64,000 nucleotides of DNA. Origin: Verrucomicrobia bacterium UBA1412. Lineage in GTDB: Bacteria; Verrucomicrobiota; Verrucomicrobiia; Limisphaerales; UBA1412. The notes beneath the pieces are model-generated. The model ran no database searches, had not been told where the DNA came from, and saw only the letters and a list, made by a program, of their open reading frames with translations. Numbering within the stretch: position 1 is the first letter of the stretch; the number at the start of each line of letters is the position of its first letter. This document shows, in pieces, positions 27,194 through 36,741 of the stretch. Position numbers and translations under genes: made by a program. The stretch covers positions 12,578 to 76,577 of the forward strand of contig DBPU01000025.1 in the NCBI GenBank assembly GCA_002305615.1, read 5' to 3'.

Positions 27194-30100
27194 ATGAAAA
27201 AGTCTGTTCATCTTATCAAAAAGTTTTCCCAGCTTGGCCGTTTGGCGTGCGCCGCCGCTGGTTTTATTATTGGCTGTGCATCCATTTTCACCGCCAATGC
27301 TGAAGAAATATTGTGGAGCATTGGGCAGGCGGACCTCTCTGACTCAGAATTTATTGGGGCTCCCAATGATTTTAATATCTGCCCGAAAACAGTTGCATAT
27401 GTCATTGGTGAATCAGTTCCCCAAAAGGACTGGCCTTTTATGCAACTTGGGCCGGCAGATGCCTGGGGCGGAAGCAAAGTCCATCAATATCGGGTGTTTT
27501 TCGAATTGGGCGATCAAGCCCCTTCTGCAGAGGAGTGCAGGCTGGTTCTCTATTTTAAGAATGTTCATAAAGAGATTCCCCCAAAATTGGGGGTCCGGCT
27601 CAATGGGGTCGTTGTAGATAACGTTCAGCTCAGCTCGGGGCAAGGCGATGATCTTGCGACGGGGAAAGTAAAAGAGGTGCTGGGGAGCAATGTTACGATT
27701 CCCGTTCCGGGTTCACTTCTTAAAAAAGGCGAAAATCTATTGGAAATTTCCAATGAGCAGGGAAGCTGGCTCTATTACGATGCAGTTCAGTTCTGGGGAC
27801 CTCAAGAGCTTAAATTGACATCAAAGGATGGAAAGAAGTCTACCCGTATCCTCGAGATTACGACTCCGGGTGTGCGGCTGCGCGGAGAAGGTGGGACTGT
27901 GAGCGCTCCGGTTGATCTGCTGGTGAGCCACATGGGTAAGACATCTCCGACTGATTTTTTCTTTGATGGGCAGAAGATTGGCTCGGCAGTGTTAGTTCCG
28001 GGAGGACAGATCCTGAGTTTCAATGTTCCTGTTAAGGGAAAGAAAAACAAAGGAGTATTTTCCATCAGCTCTGAGGGACTCAAGCTGGAAGAACAGAAGT
28101 GGGTTCTTCCGGAGCCGAAATTGAAACAGTTTTATCTCTTTCCCCATTCTCACGTCGATATCGGTTATACGCATCGCCAGGACGAAGTTGTCGATCTCCA
28201 AATCGACAATATGAATGTCGCGATGGGCCTCACTTCAGAAAGTCAGGCTTATCCGCGTGAGGCGCAGTTCAAATGGAATCCGGAGAGTATTTGGGTGGTA
28301 GACCACTATCTGGACAAGGAAAGCGAAGAAAACCAGACAGCCTTTCTCAATGCGGTGAGTGATGGGACGGTGAGCTTGGATGCACTCTATGGGAATCTGC
28401 TGACAGGCTTGTGCCGTCCGGAGGAGCTTTACCGCGGTGTTGCCTATTTTTCAAAGAAAACCGAAATGTTGACGGGGGTTCCTATTGTCTCAGCTGCGAT
28501 TTGTGATGTGCCCGGATATACGTGGGGTACCGCAACGATGATGGGCCAGTCAGGAGTGAAATATTTTGCAATTGCGCCTAATTATTCTGATCGTATTGGT
28601 ACAATCCACTCCGCTTGGAATGACAAACCTTTCTATTGGGTTTCTCAATCAGGTCAGGAGAAGGTTTTGTGTTGGGTTACCGCTCATTACTGGAAGCATG
28701 GAGACTTGGAAAAGGAGGTGTTAAATCACCTCAAGATGAGGCAAACCTCTGATTACCCGTATGACTTGGAGTGGATGTACTGGATTGCTCAGCGTGAGAA
28801 TGGCGACTGTGATAATTCGCCGCCGGATAGGAATATGGCTCAGGCTGTGCATCAATGGAATCTCAAGTATGCCGCCCCTCAGCTCTCAATAGGAACTGCT
28901 CGTGAATTCTTCCCCCTATTTGAGAAGAAATACGGAAAAAAACTGCCTCAATTTAGTGGAGATATCACTCCTTATTGGGAGGATGGGGCTGGAAGTACCT
29001 CTTTTGAGACAGGTCTGAATCGTTGTACGGCTGATAAACTCTCTCAAGCGGAAACTCTTTGGGCTCTGAGGAATCCCCGGCAACGACCTGCCAAGCTCTT
29101 TGAAGAAGCCTGGAAAAACGTACTTCTTTATAGTGAGCATACTTGGGGTGCTTATTGCAGTATCTCTCGGCCTGATGACCCATTCACGATTAGCCAATGG
29201 GAAAGGAAACGCCAATTCGCTGTGGATGCGGCCCGGCAAGCTGAAGAACTGTTGTCTTCCAGCGTCACCAGCCAGGAGTCAGTACCGAGCGCCAGTGCCC
29301 TTGTATGGAATACGACCCAATGGAGTCGGACCGGACTTGTGACAGCACCTGAAGCTATGGCAAAGGTTGGCGATTTTGTACAGGATCAGGATGGGAAACC
29401 TGTCTGTTCACAAAGGCTGAAAAGCGGAGAGCTTGTCTTCCTGGCAGAGGATGTTCCGGGCATGGGTTCACAAAAATATGTTTCACTGCCGGAGAAAGAA
29501 GCTTTCGTCCCGGCTGGGAAAGTGCGTGTAGACGGGAATAAACTTGTTTCTTCTGTGCTTGAGGTGGAACTGGACGAAAAGAGCGGAGCCGTGAACCTGT
29601 TGCGTATCAAAGGCGAAGAGCATAACTTTGTAGACAGCTCCAATTCGGTTGCTCTGAATGATTATAGATATCTCAAAGGCGTCAATCCGGATGACGCGCA
29701 GGTGAACGGTCCTGTTGAGATTACAATTGGAGAGGAGGGCCCTTTGGTGGCTTCTCTGATCGTTAAATCTTCAGCGCCCGGGTGCGTAGACTTAGTGAGA
29801 GAGATTCGGTTGGTCGAGGGTGCTGATTCCATAGAGGTGGTGAACTATGTGAACCGCTTGCCGGTACGGGAAAAAGATGCCGTTCATTTTGGTTTCTCCT
29901 TTAATGTGCCTGATGGAGAGCTCCGTATGGAGACTCCCTGGGCGGTTGTTCGCCCCAATCTGGATCAGTTACCGGGCTCTTGTTACAATTGGTTTGCGGT
30001 GCAGCGCTGGGTTGATATTTCCAATGACGACTATGGAGTTCTATGGTCTCCGGTGCATGCTCCGCTTATGCAAGTGGGAGCAATCACGGCGAACCTCCTG

Positions 30101-30595
30101 GGAAGTGTTTCTTTGGATCAATGGATGGATCAGGCGATTGAGTCACAGACAATTTATTCCTGGGCTCAGAATAATCATTGGCATACCAACTATAAGGCCG
30201 ATCAGCCGGGCATAACGCCTTTCAAGTATGTAATCGCTGTTCATCGGGGCGGCTACGATGGCGCGAAATCTGCTCGTTTCGGGCAGGAAGTAACGCGCCC
30301 TCTCCTGGCATTCGCCTGCAACGAGCAGTCTGAGGGTGGTGGAAGCACAGAGGATGTTCCGTCGAGACTGGACAATGATAACTTTGTGGTCGAAACATTC
30401 AAGGTCAGTGAGGATGGGCGGGCTTTGATTTATCGTTTGCAAAATATGGCTGAAACAGAGCAGATTCTCCGGATAGCGGATGGGAAGAAATCCGAGAAAA
30501 TTTATTTAACAGATTTGAGTGAAAAACCGATAAAGAAATTAGGTCGAAAAATGAAGGTCCCGCCGCATGGGCTCGTAAACTTGCGAGTAGAATAA
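27194..30595 (+). CDS. Glycoside hydrolase family 38-like protein (alpha-mannosidase-like) with an N-terminal carbohydrate-binding-like domain
   Basis: Start set at ATG 27194, preceded by GAGGAAG (the track starts at GTG 27161). Signal peptide ends at ...FTANA. The core begins FYLFPHSHVDIGYTH, a variant of the GH38 HxHxD metal site. The ~300-aa N-terminal region has LWSIGQADLSDSEF, which resembles the W-x-IG-x-x-D-x-S-x-x-EF motif I associate with PL4-family accessory domains. Confidence 0.6.
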   Translation: MKKSVHLIKKFSQLGRLACAAAGFIIGCASIFTANAEEILWSIGQADLSDSEFIGAPNDFNICPKTVAYVIGESVPQKDWPFMQLGPADAWGGSKVHQYRVFFELGDQAPSAEECRLVLYFKNVHKEIPPKLGVRLNGVVVDNVQLSSGQGDDLATGKVKEVLGSNVTIPVPGSLLKKGENLLEISNEQGSWLYYDAVQFWGPQELKLTSKDGKKSTRILEITTPGVRLRGEGGTVSAPVDLLVSHMGKTSPTDFFFDGQKIGSAVLVPGGQILSFNVPVKGKKNKGVFSISSEGLKLEEQKWVLPEPKLKQFYLFPHSHVDIGYTHRQDEVVDLQIDNMNVAMGLTSESQAYPREAQFKWNPESIWVVDHYLDKESEENQTAFLNAVSDGTVSLDALYGNLLTGLCRPEELYRGVAYFSKKTEMLTGVPIVSAAICDVPGYTWGTATMMGQSGVKYFAIAPNYSDRIGTIHSAWNDKPFYWVSQSGQEKVLCWVTAHYWKHGDLEKEVLNHLKMRQTSDYPYDLEWMYWIAQRENGDCDNSPPDRNMAQAVHQWNLKYAAPQLSIGTAREFFPLFEKKYGKKLPQFSGDITPYWEDGAGSTSFETGLNRCTADKLSQAETLWALRNPRQRPAKLFEEAWKNVLLYSEHTWGAYCSISRPDDPFTISQWERKRQFAVDAARQAEELLSSSVTSQESVPSASALVWNTTQWSRTGLVTAPEAMAKVGDFVQDQDGKPVCSQRLKSGELVFLAEDVPGMGSQKYVSLPEKEAFVPAGKVRVDGNKLVSSVLEVELDEKSGAVNLLRIKGEEHNFVDSSNSVALNDYRYLKGVNPDDAQVNGPVEITIGEEGPLVASLIVKSSAPGCVDLVREIRLVEGADSIEVVNYVNRLPVREKDAVHFGFSFNVPDGELRMETPWAVVRPNLDQLPGSCYNWFAVQRWVDISNDDYGVLWSPVHAPLMQVGAITANLLGSVSLDQWMDQAIESQTIYSWAQNNHWHTNYKADQPGITPFKYVIAVHRGGYDGAKSARFGQEVTRPLLAFACNEQSEGGGSTEDVPSRLDNDNFVVETFKVSEDGRALIYRLQNMAETEQILRIADGKKSEKIYLTDLSEKPIKKLGRKMKVPPHGLVNLRVE

Positions 30596-30616
30596 CCGGA
30601 TGATGGGCTTATTGAA

Positions 30617-31444
30617 ATGAGCACGCAGACCGAGAGCCCAAGTGTTTTGCTGCTGATCCCTGCCTACAATGAAGAGGATCGGATTGGTCCCGTATTGGTG
30701 GAATATGCGAAGTATTTCAAGGAGTGCTACGCGGGCGAGTTCAGCATTGTCGTTGTACTGAATGGCTGCGAGGATAACACTTTGGGAGTCGTGCAGGCGG
30801 CGCAGAAAGAGCATCCGGAAATCCGTTACCTGAACTATGAGGAGCCGATCGGTAAAGGAGGAGCTCTGATTGAGGGGTTGCACTATTTTCACGAGGCCGA
30901 TTATATCGGATACGTCGATGCAGATGGAGCAACGCAGCCCCCGGCTTTTCACGACTTGATCAAGCATCGCAACGAGGCTGACTGTATCATCGGATCGCGT
31001 TGGCTGCCGGACTCAGTCATACACCAGCCGCAGGGGAGCCGCAGACGGTTTGCCAGCCGCTGCTTCCATGCCCTGGTGCAGAGTCTATTCTGGATGAACA
31101 TTAAGGATACTCAATGTGGGGCAAAACTGATTCGAAGGGACGCTATTGAGGCGGTCTTAAATCAGCTTACCTTGGCGGATATGGCATTCGACATCAATTT
31201 GCTTTATGCGTTGAAGAAAAAGAATTTCACCATTTTGGAAATACCGACTGAGTGGACTGATAAGATTGGAACTAAGGTTGTTCTCGGGAAAACTTCACTG
31301 GTCATGTTCCTTTCAGTCGTGCGTTTGAGAATTATATATTCCTTTTTTTATAAGTACTTTGAATTTATTTTGTCACCTTTTTCCGAGTGGATTTACAGAC
31401 GCCTGGCAGCACCTCATCGTAAATTTAAGGGGCATGAAAGTTAA
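30617..31444 (+). CDS. Family 2 glycosyltransferase (dolichyl/polyprenyl-phosphate hexosyltransferase-like)
   Basis: LLIPAYNEEDRIGPVL, VVVLNGCEDNT and YVDADGAT (DxD-type) motifs, with C-terminal hydrophobic helices. Confidence 0.8.
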   Translation: MSTQTESPSVLLLIPAYNEEDRIGPVLVEYAKYFKECYAGEFSIVVVLNGCEDNTLGVVQAAQKEHPEIRYLNYEEPIGKGGALIEGLHYFHEADYIGYVDADGATQPPAFHDLIKHRNEADCIIGSRWLPDSVIHQPQGSRRRFASRCFHALVQSLFWMNIKDTQCGAKLIRRDAIEAVLNQLTLADMAFDINLLYALKKKNFTILEIPTEWTDKIGTKVVLGKTSLVMFLSVVRLRIIYSFFYKYFEFILSPFSEWIYRRLAAPHRKFKGHES

Positions 31445-31548
31445 AACGTTTGATACAGAGAAAAACCTTTTTCATTTATTTTTGTATCCTTGTAATTTAA
31501 AATGAGTTGCGTTGCCCGGGGGGGGCGTAGGATGGAATCCATATCAAG

Positions 31549-33963
31549 ATGAAGAAAAAAGTGGATATCAACGTTGTAAGGAAAGGTGACGTCCCAGCGG
31601 TCGTTCAGCCTCTTAAGGCACCTTCTTTGCCCAGACAGTTGCGTATTCTTTCTTTGTCGGACTGCGTTCTTTTCCCAGGCATGGTTGTCCCGCTTTTGAT
31701 TGATGACCCTCTTCAGGTTCGGTTGGTGGATGAGGTAATCAATGATAACGGCTATATGGGGGTTATCTTGCTACGCAAACCGGTTGCTGGCAATCCGATG
31801 GCAAAGGACCTTTACAAACAGGGTTGTTTGGCTCGAATTCAACGGATGGTCAGCACCGAGAAAAGCCAACTGAGAATTCTTGTAGAGGGAATTCAATGCT
31901 TTGAGACCACTCGGTTCATCAGGGGAAATCCTGACTATCCGATTGCTGAAGTCACTTATCTGGTAGATGTTTTAGGAGAAGATTTTAAAAGAAGCCCTGA
32001 ATATCAGGCTCTGGGCGAAAGATTGGGACAGCTTGTTTCGGAATATGCCAAGGTATCCCCGGCGTTGCACGAAGATATTAAGATTGCATCTCAAAATACG
32101 ACAGATCCGGCTCAGCTTTCCAACCTCATCTCATTTGCTTTACCGATTCCGTTACAGGAGAAACAGCAGCTTCTTTCCAAGAATGTGGTTGAGACGAGGG
32201 TGCGTCTTCTTATCCAGAAGTTAAACCGTGAGATACAATCGGCCCAGTTAGGCGCAAAAATTTTGAAAGATACCAGTACGAGTCTTTCAAAAATGCAACG
32301 TGAGAACTATTTGCGCGAGCAGTTGAGAGCTATCCACAAGGAGTTGGGGGATGAGGGCAATGCTGAAGTGGACCGTCTGAAAGGGCTGATTAAGAAAAAC
32401 CGTCTTTCCAATGAGGCTTTACAGGTTGCTCTTCATGAGATAACCCGATTGGAGGCGATTCCCTTTTCATCTCCTGAGTATGCAGGCATCCGCAATTATC
32501 TTGATTGGCTGGTAAACCTGCCTTGGAATCAGGAAGATGCGAACAGGGTGAACTTATCGGCTGCCAAACGTTTGCTCAATCGTAATCACTACGGCCTTGA
32601 GGAAATAAAAGAGCGCCTTTTGGAATACCTTGCGGTGATGAAACTCAAAGGGGTGGCGAGCACTCCAATTCTCTGTCTGGTGGGCCCTCCCGGAGTAGGA
32701 AAAACTTCTTTAGGACAAAGCGTGGCTGAGGCTTTGGGTAGAAAGTTTTGCCGGATAGCCTTGGGTGGTGCTCGCGATGTCGCGGAAATACGGGGGCATC
32801 GACGCACCTATGTGAGTGCACAGCCCGGAAGAATCATTCAAAATTTACGCCGTCTGGGAACGCGAAATCCTGTGATCCTTTTTGATGAAATCGATAAAAT
32901 GGGATCGGGAGCTATGGGAGGTGAGACGGCATCAGCACTATTAGAAATTTTGGACCCTCGCCAAAATGCCTCTTTTACCGATTCGTATTTAGAAGTTCCT
33001 TTTGATCTGTCCCAGGTGCTTTTTATCACTACGGCCAATTGGTTGGACCCGATTCATCCGGCCCTGCGTGACCGAATGGAAATCATAGAAATTCCCGGTT
33101 ATACCTTTTGTGAAAAGTATAATATTGCTCTTCGCCATACGGTTCCGGATATGCTCAAACGTCATGGACTGCCGGAGGGATTTATCGATTTCCAAGAACC
33201 TGCACTTCGAATGTTGATTCAATCTTACACATACGAAGGTGGGGTGAGAGGAATGGAGCGGCAGATTGCGGCATTATTTCGAAAGATTGTTCGACGGAAA
33301 ATGCAGGAATCAGTCACCTCAACACTCGATGAAAAAGCTCCGGTCATTCTCACTGCAAAAGATGTTGAAGAATTATTGGGGACGCCTATACGTTTCAATA
33401 ATCCTTGGGAGTTGGGTGGAACGGCCGGCTTTGCGATGGGACTGGCGTATACGCCTCAGGGTGGAGAAGTAATTCCCGTCGAAGTGACGCGGATGACGGG
33501 GAGCGGACAGATCATTTTGACTGGAAACCTTGGCGATCTGTTGAGGGAGAGCATTCGTATTGCGTTGAGTTTTTTGCGGTCAGAAGAGTCTCGATTGAAT
33601 TTGGATATGAGTCATTTCCATTCCTATGACATCCATGTTCATTTGCCTGCGGGCTCTGTGCCCAAGGATGGACCCAGCGCCGGATTGACCTTTGCCGTAG
33701 CCATGGCTTCTCTTTTCTCAGGCAAAAAGGTTCGTCCTTCGCTTTCCATGTCCGGAGAGGTTTCGTTGCGCGGCTTTTTGTTGCCCATCTCCGGGGTGCG
33801 CGAAAAAGCTTTGGCTGCGGGTAGATTTGGAATTGATGAGGTACTCCTGCCTAAAGCCAATGAAAGTGATTGGCGTGATTTGCCTGCTGCTTTAAAACGG
33901 CGGGTGAAAGCCAGTTTTTTCCAACACGCTTCCGATGCAATAAAGTATGCTCTATCGGAGTAG
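31549..33963 (+). CDS. lon: ATP-dependent Lon protease
   Basis: Lon N-domain (LFPGMVVPLLIDD), AAA+ Walker A GPPGVGKTS, Walker B ILFDEIDK, and protease domain PKDGPSAGLT with the catalytic Ser. 804 aa. Confidence 0.93.
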   Translation: MKKKVDINVVRKGDVPAVVQPLKAPSLPRQLRILSLSDCVLFPGMVVPLLIDDPLQVRLVDEVINDNGYMGVILLRKPVAGNPMAKDLYKQGCLARIQRMVSTEKSQLRILVEGIQCFETTRFIRGNPDYPIAEVTYLVDVLGEDFKRSPEYQALGERLGQLVSEYAKVSPALHEDIKIASQNTTDPAQLSNLISFALPIPLQEKQQLLSKNVVETRVRLLIQKLNREIQSAQLGAKILKDTSTSLSKMQRENYLREQLRAIHKELGDEGNAEVDRLKGLIKKNRLSNEALQVALHEITRLEAIPFSSPEYAGIRNYLDWLVNLPWNQEDANRVNLSAAKRLLNRNHYGLEEIKERLLEYLAVMKLKGVASTPILCLVGPPGVGKTSLGQSVAEALGRKFCRIALGGARDVAEIRGHRRTYVSAQPGRIIQNLRRLGTRNPVILFDEIDKMGSGAMGGETASALLEILDPRQNASFTDSYLEVPFDLSQVLFITTANWLDPIHPALRDRMEIIEIPGYTFCEKYNIALRHTVPDMLKRHGLPEGFIDFQEPALRMLIQSYTYEGGVRGMERQIAALFRKIVRRKMQESVTSTLDEKAPVILTAKDVEELLGTPIRFNNPWELGGTAGFAMGLAYTPQGGEVIPVEVTRMTGSGQIILTGNLGDLLRESIRIALSFLRSEESRLNLDMSHFHSYDIHVHLPAGSVPKDGPSAGLTFAVAMASLFSGKKVRPSLSMSGEVSLRGFLLPISGVREKALAAGRFGIDEVLLPKANESDWRDLPAALKRRVKASFFQHASDAIKYALSE

Positions 33964-33992
33964 AATTTTTTGATGCGCCTTTGTTCGATTTT

Positions 33993-34781
33993 ATGAAATA
34001 TATTGGTAATTTAGCTTTAAGACTGTGCTTGCTCAGCCTTCTATCCGTTTTGTTTTCCATCACGGTTCAGGCCCAATCCATTATGGAACGAAAAACGGAA
34101 ACACCTAAAGATGCACAGGAAATCGTGGAGATTATCCGAAGCCGTGTGCCTGTCAAAAAAATTGAGAGCCAGGGAGTGTTAAAAGTTCGGGCACCGAAAA
34201 CAAAAATGCGAAGCGTTCCGGTTCATTTTGAAGTAAGGCCGCTCAGCGAAGATTCCTGGGAAAGCGTTTATGAGGCTACGCTGCCTGAGGGAGGGCAAGA
34301 GCGTTTGTTGATTCGCTCTTATATCAATCGCCCCAGCGAATATGTCTTGAGCACGAAGTCTGAAAAGGAAACCGAGTGGAAAACGAACAAAATTCAGCCC
34401 GGAGAAGAATCTGCTGTCTCATTTGCCGGGACCGATTTTTGGTTCTGTGACCTGGGCCTGGAGTTTTTAGATTGGTCCGATCAATTGCTTCTCAAGCGGG
34501 AAATGCGCAAGGGGCGTCCCTGCCGGGTAATTCAAAGCGTTCCGGAGGCAAGGACTGGAACGATGTATGCGAGGGTGGTTTCCTGGGTGGATAATGAGTC
34601 TGACGGCATAGTGATGGCTCAGTCCTACAATGAATTCAATAAGAGGCTTAAAGAATTTGAAGTACAAAGTTTCAAAAAGGTGGAAGGTGTCTGGCAGCTC
34701 AAAAAGATGACGATTTATGATAATCTTACCGACAGCCGGACAACGCTGGAAATTGATCTGGAAGTGGATGAAGCGAATTAA
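33993..34781 (+). CDS. Secreted LolA-like (outer-membrane lipoprotein-sorting family) protein, putative
   Basis: Start at ATG 33993 with signal peptide LRLCLLSLLSVLFSITVQA. The C-terminal half (GTDFWFCDLGLEF...YARVVSWVDNESDGIVMAQSYN...LKEFEVQSFKKVEGVWQ) resembles the LolA_like fold family as I recall it. Confidence 0.55.
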   Translation: MKYIGNLALRLCLLSLLSVLFSITVQAQSIMERKTETPKDAQEIVEIIRSRVPVKKIESQGVLKVRAPKTKMRSVPVHFEVRPLSEDSWESVYEATLPEGGQERLLIRSYINRPSEYVLSTKSEKETEWKTNKIQPGEESAVSFAGTDFWFCDLGLEFLDWSDQLLLKREMRKGRPCRVIQSVPEARTGTMYARVVSWVDNESDGIVMAQSYNEFNKRLKEFEVQSFKKVEGVWQLKKMTIYDNLTDSRTTLEIDLEVDEAN

Positions 34782-34790
34782 AGGAAATAT

Positions 34791-35915
34791 ATGTCTTTTA
34801 TAGCCAGAGAGATTTCCTCTCCACCCTTAAAAGCCTCAGATTTTGATTACGACTTGCCGCAGGAGCTGATCGCTCAGTATCCGGCACCGCATCGCAGTGA
34901 TTCGCGTCTGATGGTTTTCAATAGACAGGATGGCTCCGCAGAGCACCAATTATTTTTAAACCTGCCGGAGCTCTTGATGGAAGGAGATTTGCTCATCTTA
35001 AATGACACTCAAGTTATTCCTGCGCGCCTCTTTGCTCAAAGGGATAGTGGAAAAATATTTGAAATTCTCCTTCTGGAGTTGCTCACCCCTTTTTCCTGGA
35101 AGGCGATGATACGGTCCGGGAAAGAAGCGGCCCGCGGGGGGGGAAGGCTGACGCTCTTAGAGAATGCGACTCACGAAAAATCGGACATCACGGCCACTGT
35201 CGTTAAAAAAGAACCGCAAAGCGGAGACTATCACGTTTTATTTGAGAGGGCAGGGCAGCCTTATGATATCCGAGATCGACTTGTAGATTTGGGAGCTGTT
35301 CCTCTTCCTCCTTATATTGAGCGTGCTCCTAAAAAAGAGGATATTGAGCGCTATCAGACAGTTTTTGCCTGTCATTCGGGTTCAGTTGCGGCGCCTACAG
35401 CGGGATTGCATTTTACCCTGGAGCTTTTAAATCGCTTGAAGGAAAAGAATATAGAGACTGCATACGTGACACTTCACGTGGGTCCTGGCACCTTTGCCCC
35501 TGTGAAAAGCGAAAATCTGGCAGACCATCCCATGCATGAAGAGCCTTTCATTCTAAGCCAGGAGACTGCCTCCGCCATTAATAAGGCCAAAAGTGAAGGG
35601 CGTCGAGTAATACCCGTTGGTACCACATCCATGAGGGTTATAGAAAGTGTAGCCCGGCAGATGGGCGGCACACATCATCTTCAGGGGATGGTTTCCCGGA
35701 CGAGGCTCTTTATCTATCCGCCTTCTCCTTTTTATATTTCCGATGCATTGCTAACGAACTTTCATTTTCCACGTTCCACTCTTTTGATGTTGGTGAGTGC
35801 TTTTGCGGCTCCCGGAAGTCTGCAGGGGCGTGAGCGCATTCTTGGGGCTTACCGACAGGCGGTGGAGGAAAGATATCGATTTTTTAGTTATGGAGATGCA
35901 ATGCTGATTCAGTAA
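34791..35915 (+). CDS. queA: S-adenosylmethionine:tRNA ribosyltransferase-isomerase
   Basis: FDYDLPQELIAQYP, LPPYIER, HVGPGTFAPV, VGTTSMRVIES, and C-terminal FFSYGDAMLI. 374 aa. Confidence 0.92.
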   Translation: MSFIAREISSPPLKASDFDYDLPQELIAQYPAPHRSDSRLMVFNRQDGSAEHQLFLNLPELLMEGDLLILNDTQVIPARLFAQRDSGKIFEILLLELLTPFSWKAMIRSGKEAARGGGRLTLLENATHEKSDITATVVKKEPQSGDYHVLFERAGQPYDIRDRLVDLGAVPLPPYIERAPKKEDIERYQTVFACHSGSVAAPTAGLHFTLELLNRLKEKNIETAYVTLHVGPGTFAPVKSENLADHPMHEEPFILSQETASAINKAKSEGRRVIPVGTTSMRVIESVARQMGGTHHLQGMVSRTRLFIYPPSPFYISDALLTNFHFPRSTLLMLVSAFAAPGSLQGRERILGAYRQAVEERYRFFSYGDAMLIQ

Positions 35916-35933
35916 TAATAGAAATCATTTAAA

Positions 35934-36653
35934 ATGAAAGCTTCATGCAGGGTTGTGTTTTTCGGTGTTCCTTTCCCAAAAAGCGCATCCTTTTTTCCAA
36001 GCAGAAGGCTTGGATTCACCCTCATAGAGCTTTTAGTCGTCATCACAATTATTGCAATTCTGATGGCGATGTTGTTATCAGCTATTTTTAAAGCAAAAAG
36101 CAAAGCACATCAGATCGTATGCGCTGACAAACTTCGTCAGTGGGGAATGGCGACACAATTATACGTGGCGGACAATGAAGACTATCTCCCAAAGGATGGA
36201 GCTCCCAATGGAACCTCTATTAATGGTGGCTGGTACGTAGACCTGCCTCCTTACTTGAATCTCAAACCATACCGGGAAATGCCCTGGAGAACCAATGCTG
36301 AGGAGCGCATTGATCGGTCACTTGCCTGGTTTTGTCCCTCCAATCCCCGACGGAGTAACGGTAATAATCTCTTCCATTATTGCTTGAATGAATATGTGAA
36401 CAAGACTGGAGCAGAAAACGCCCCCATTTTGTATACTTCTCTAAAAATCCCGAGCAAAACGGTTTGGCTTTTTGATTCCAAAAATTTGCCGGCTGTGGGC
36501 TATTGGAATTTTATCCACACCAATATTCATGGAGATGGGGCGAACATCCTTTTTCTTGATGGCCATGTCAAGCGATACAGATCCAGTGAGTATTGGGATT
36601 ATGAAGCGAAAAAAGGTAAAATCAATACGGCTGATTTGATTTGGATACCTTGA
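35934..36653 (+). CDS. Prepilin-type N-terminal cleavage/methylation protein with a C-terminal H-X9-DG motif
   Basis: GFTLIELLVVITIIAILMAMLL (class III signal / N-methylation site) and C-terminal HGDGANILFLDGHV, which is H-X9-DG. This architecture is typical of PVC bacteria. Confidence 0.85.
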   Translation: MKASCRVVFFGVPFPKSASFFPSRRLGFTLIELLVVITIIAILMAMLLSAIFKAKSKAHQIVCADKLRQWGMATQLYVADNEDYLPKDGAPNGTSINGGWYVDLPPYLNLKPYREMPWRTNAEERIDRSLAWFCPSNPRRSNGNNLFHYCLNEYVNKTGAENAPILYTSLKIPSKTVWLFDSKNLPAVGYWNFIHTNIHGDGANILFLDGHVKRYRSSEYWDYEAKKGKINTADLIWIP

Positions 36654-36672
36654 GTATTTTTTTACGTACTGC

Positions 36673-36682
36673 GGGGGGGGGG
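36673..36682 (+). repeat. Intergenic homopolymer G10
   Basis: actgcGGGGGGGGGGaaccc, 14 nt upstream of a candidate -35 hexamer for the antiporter gene. Confidence 0.95.
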
Positions 36683-36696
36683 AACCCTTTCCCTTC

Positions 36697-36725
36697 TTGC
36701 AATTTGGGGGGAATCAGTCTTTAAT
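36697..36725 (+). promoter_or_regulatory. Candidate promoter for the CPA2 antiporter gene
   Basis: TTGCAA (36697-36702), 17-nt spacer, TTTAAT (36720-36725). It lies only 16 nt from ATG 36742, which implies a very short leader. Confidence 0.3.
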
Positions 36726-36741
36726 TTCGCAGGCTTATAAG

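Noticed and set aside
31470-31530. Sigma32-type heat-shock promoter upstream of lon (CTTGTAA ... CCCGGGGGGGG)
   Set aside because: The spacing between the -35-like CTTGTAA and the C-rich block is ~19 nt, versus the 13-15 nt expected. The -10 does not resemble CCCCATNT. No CIRCE element is present either.
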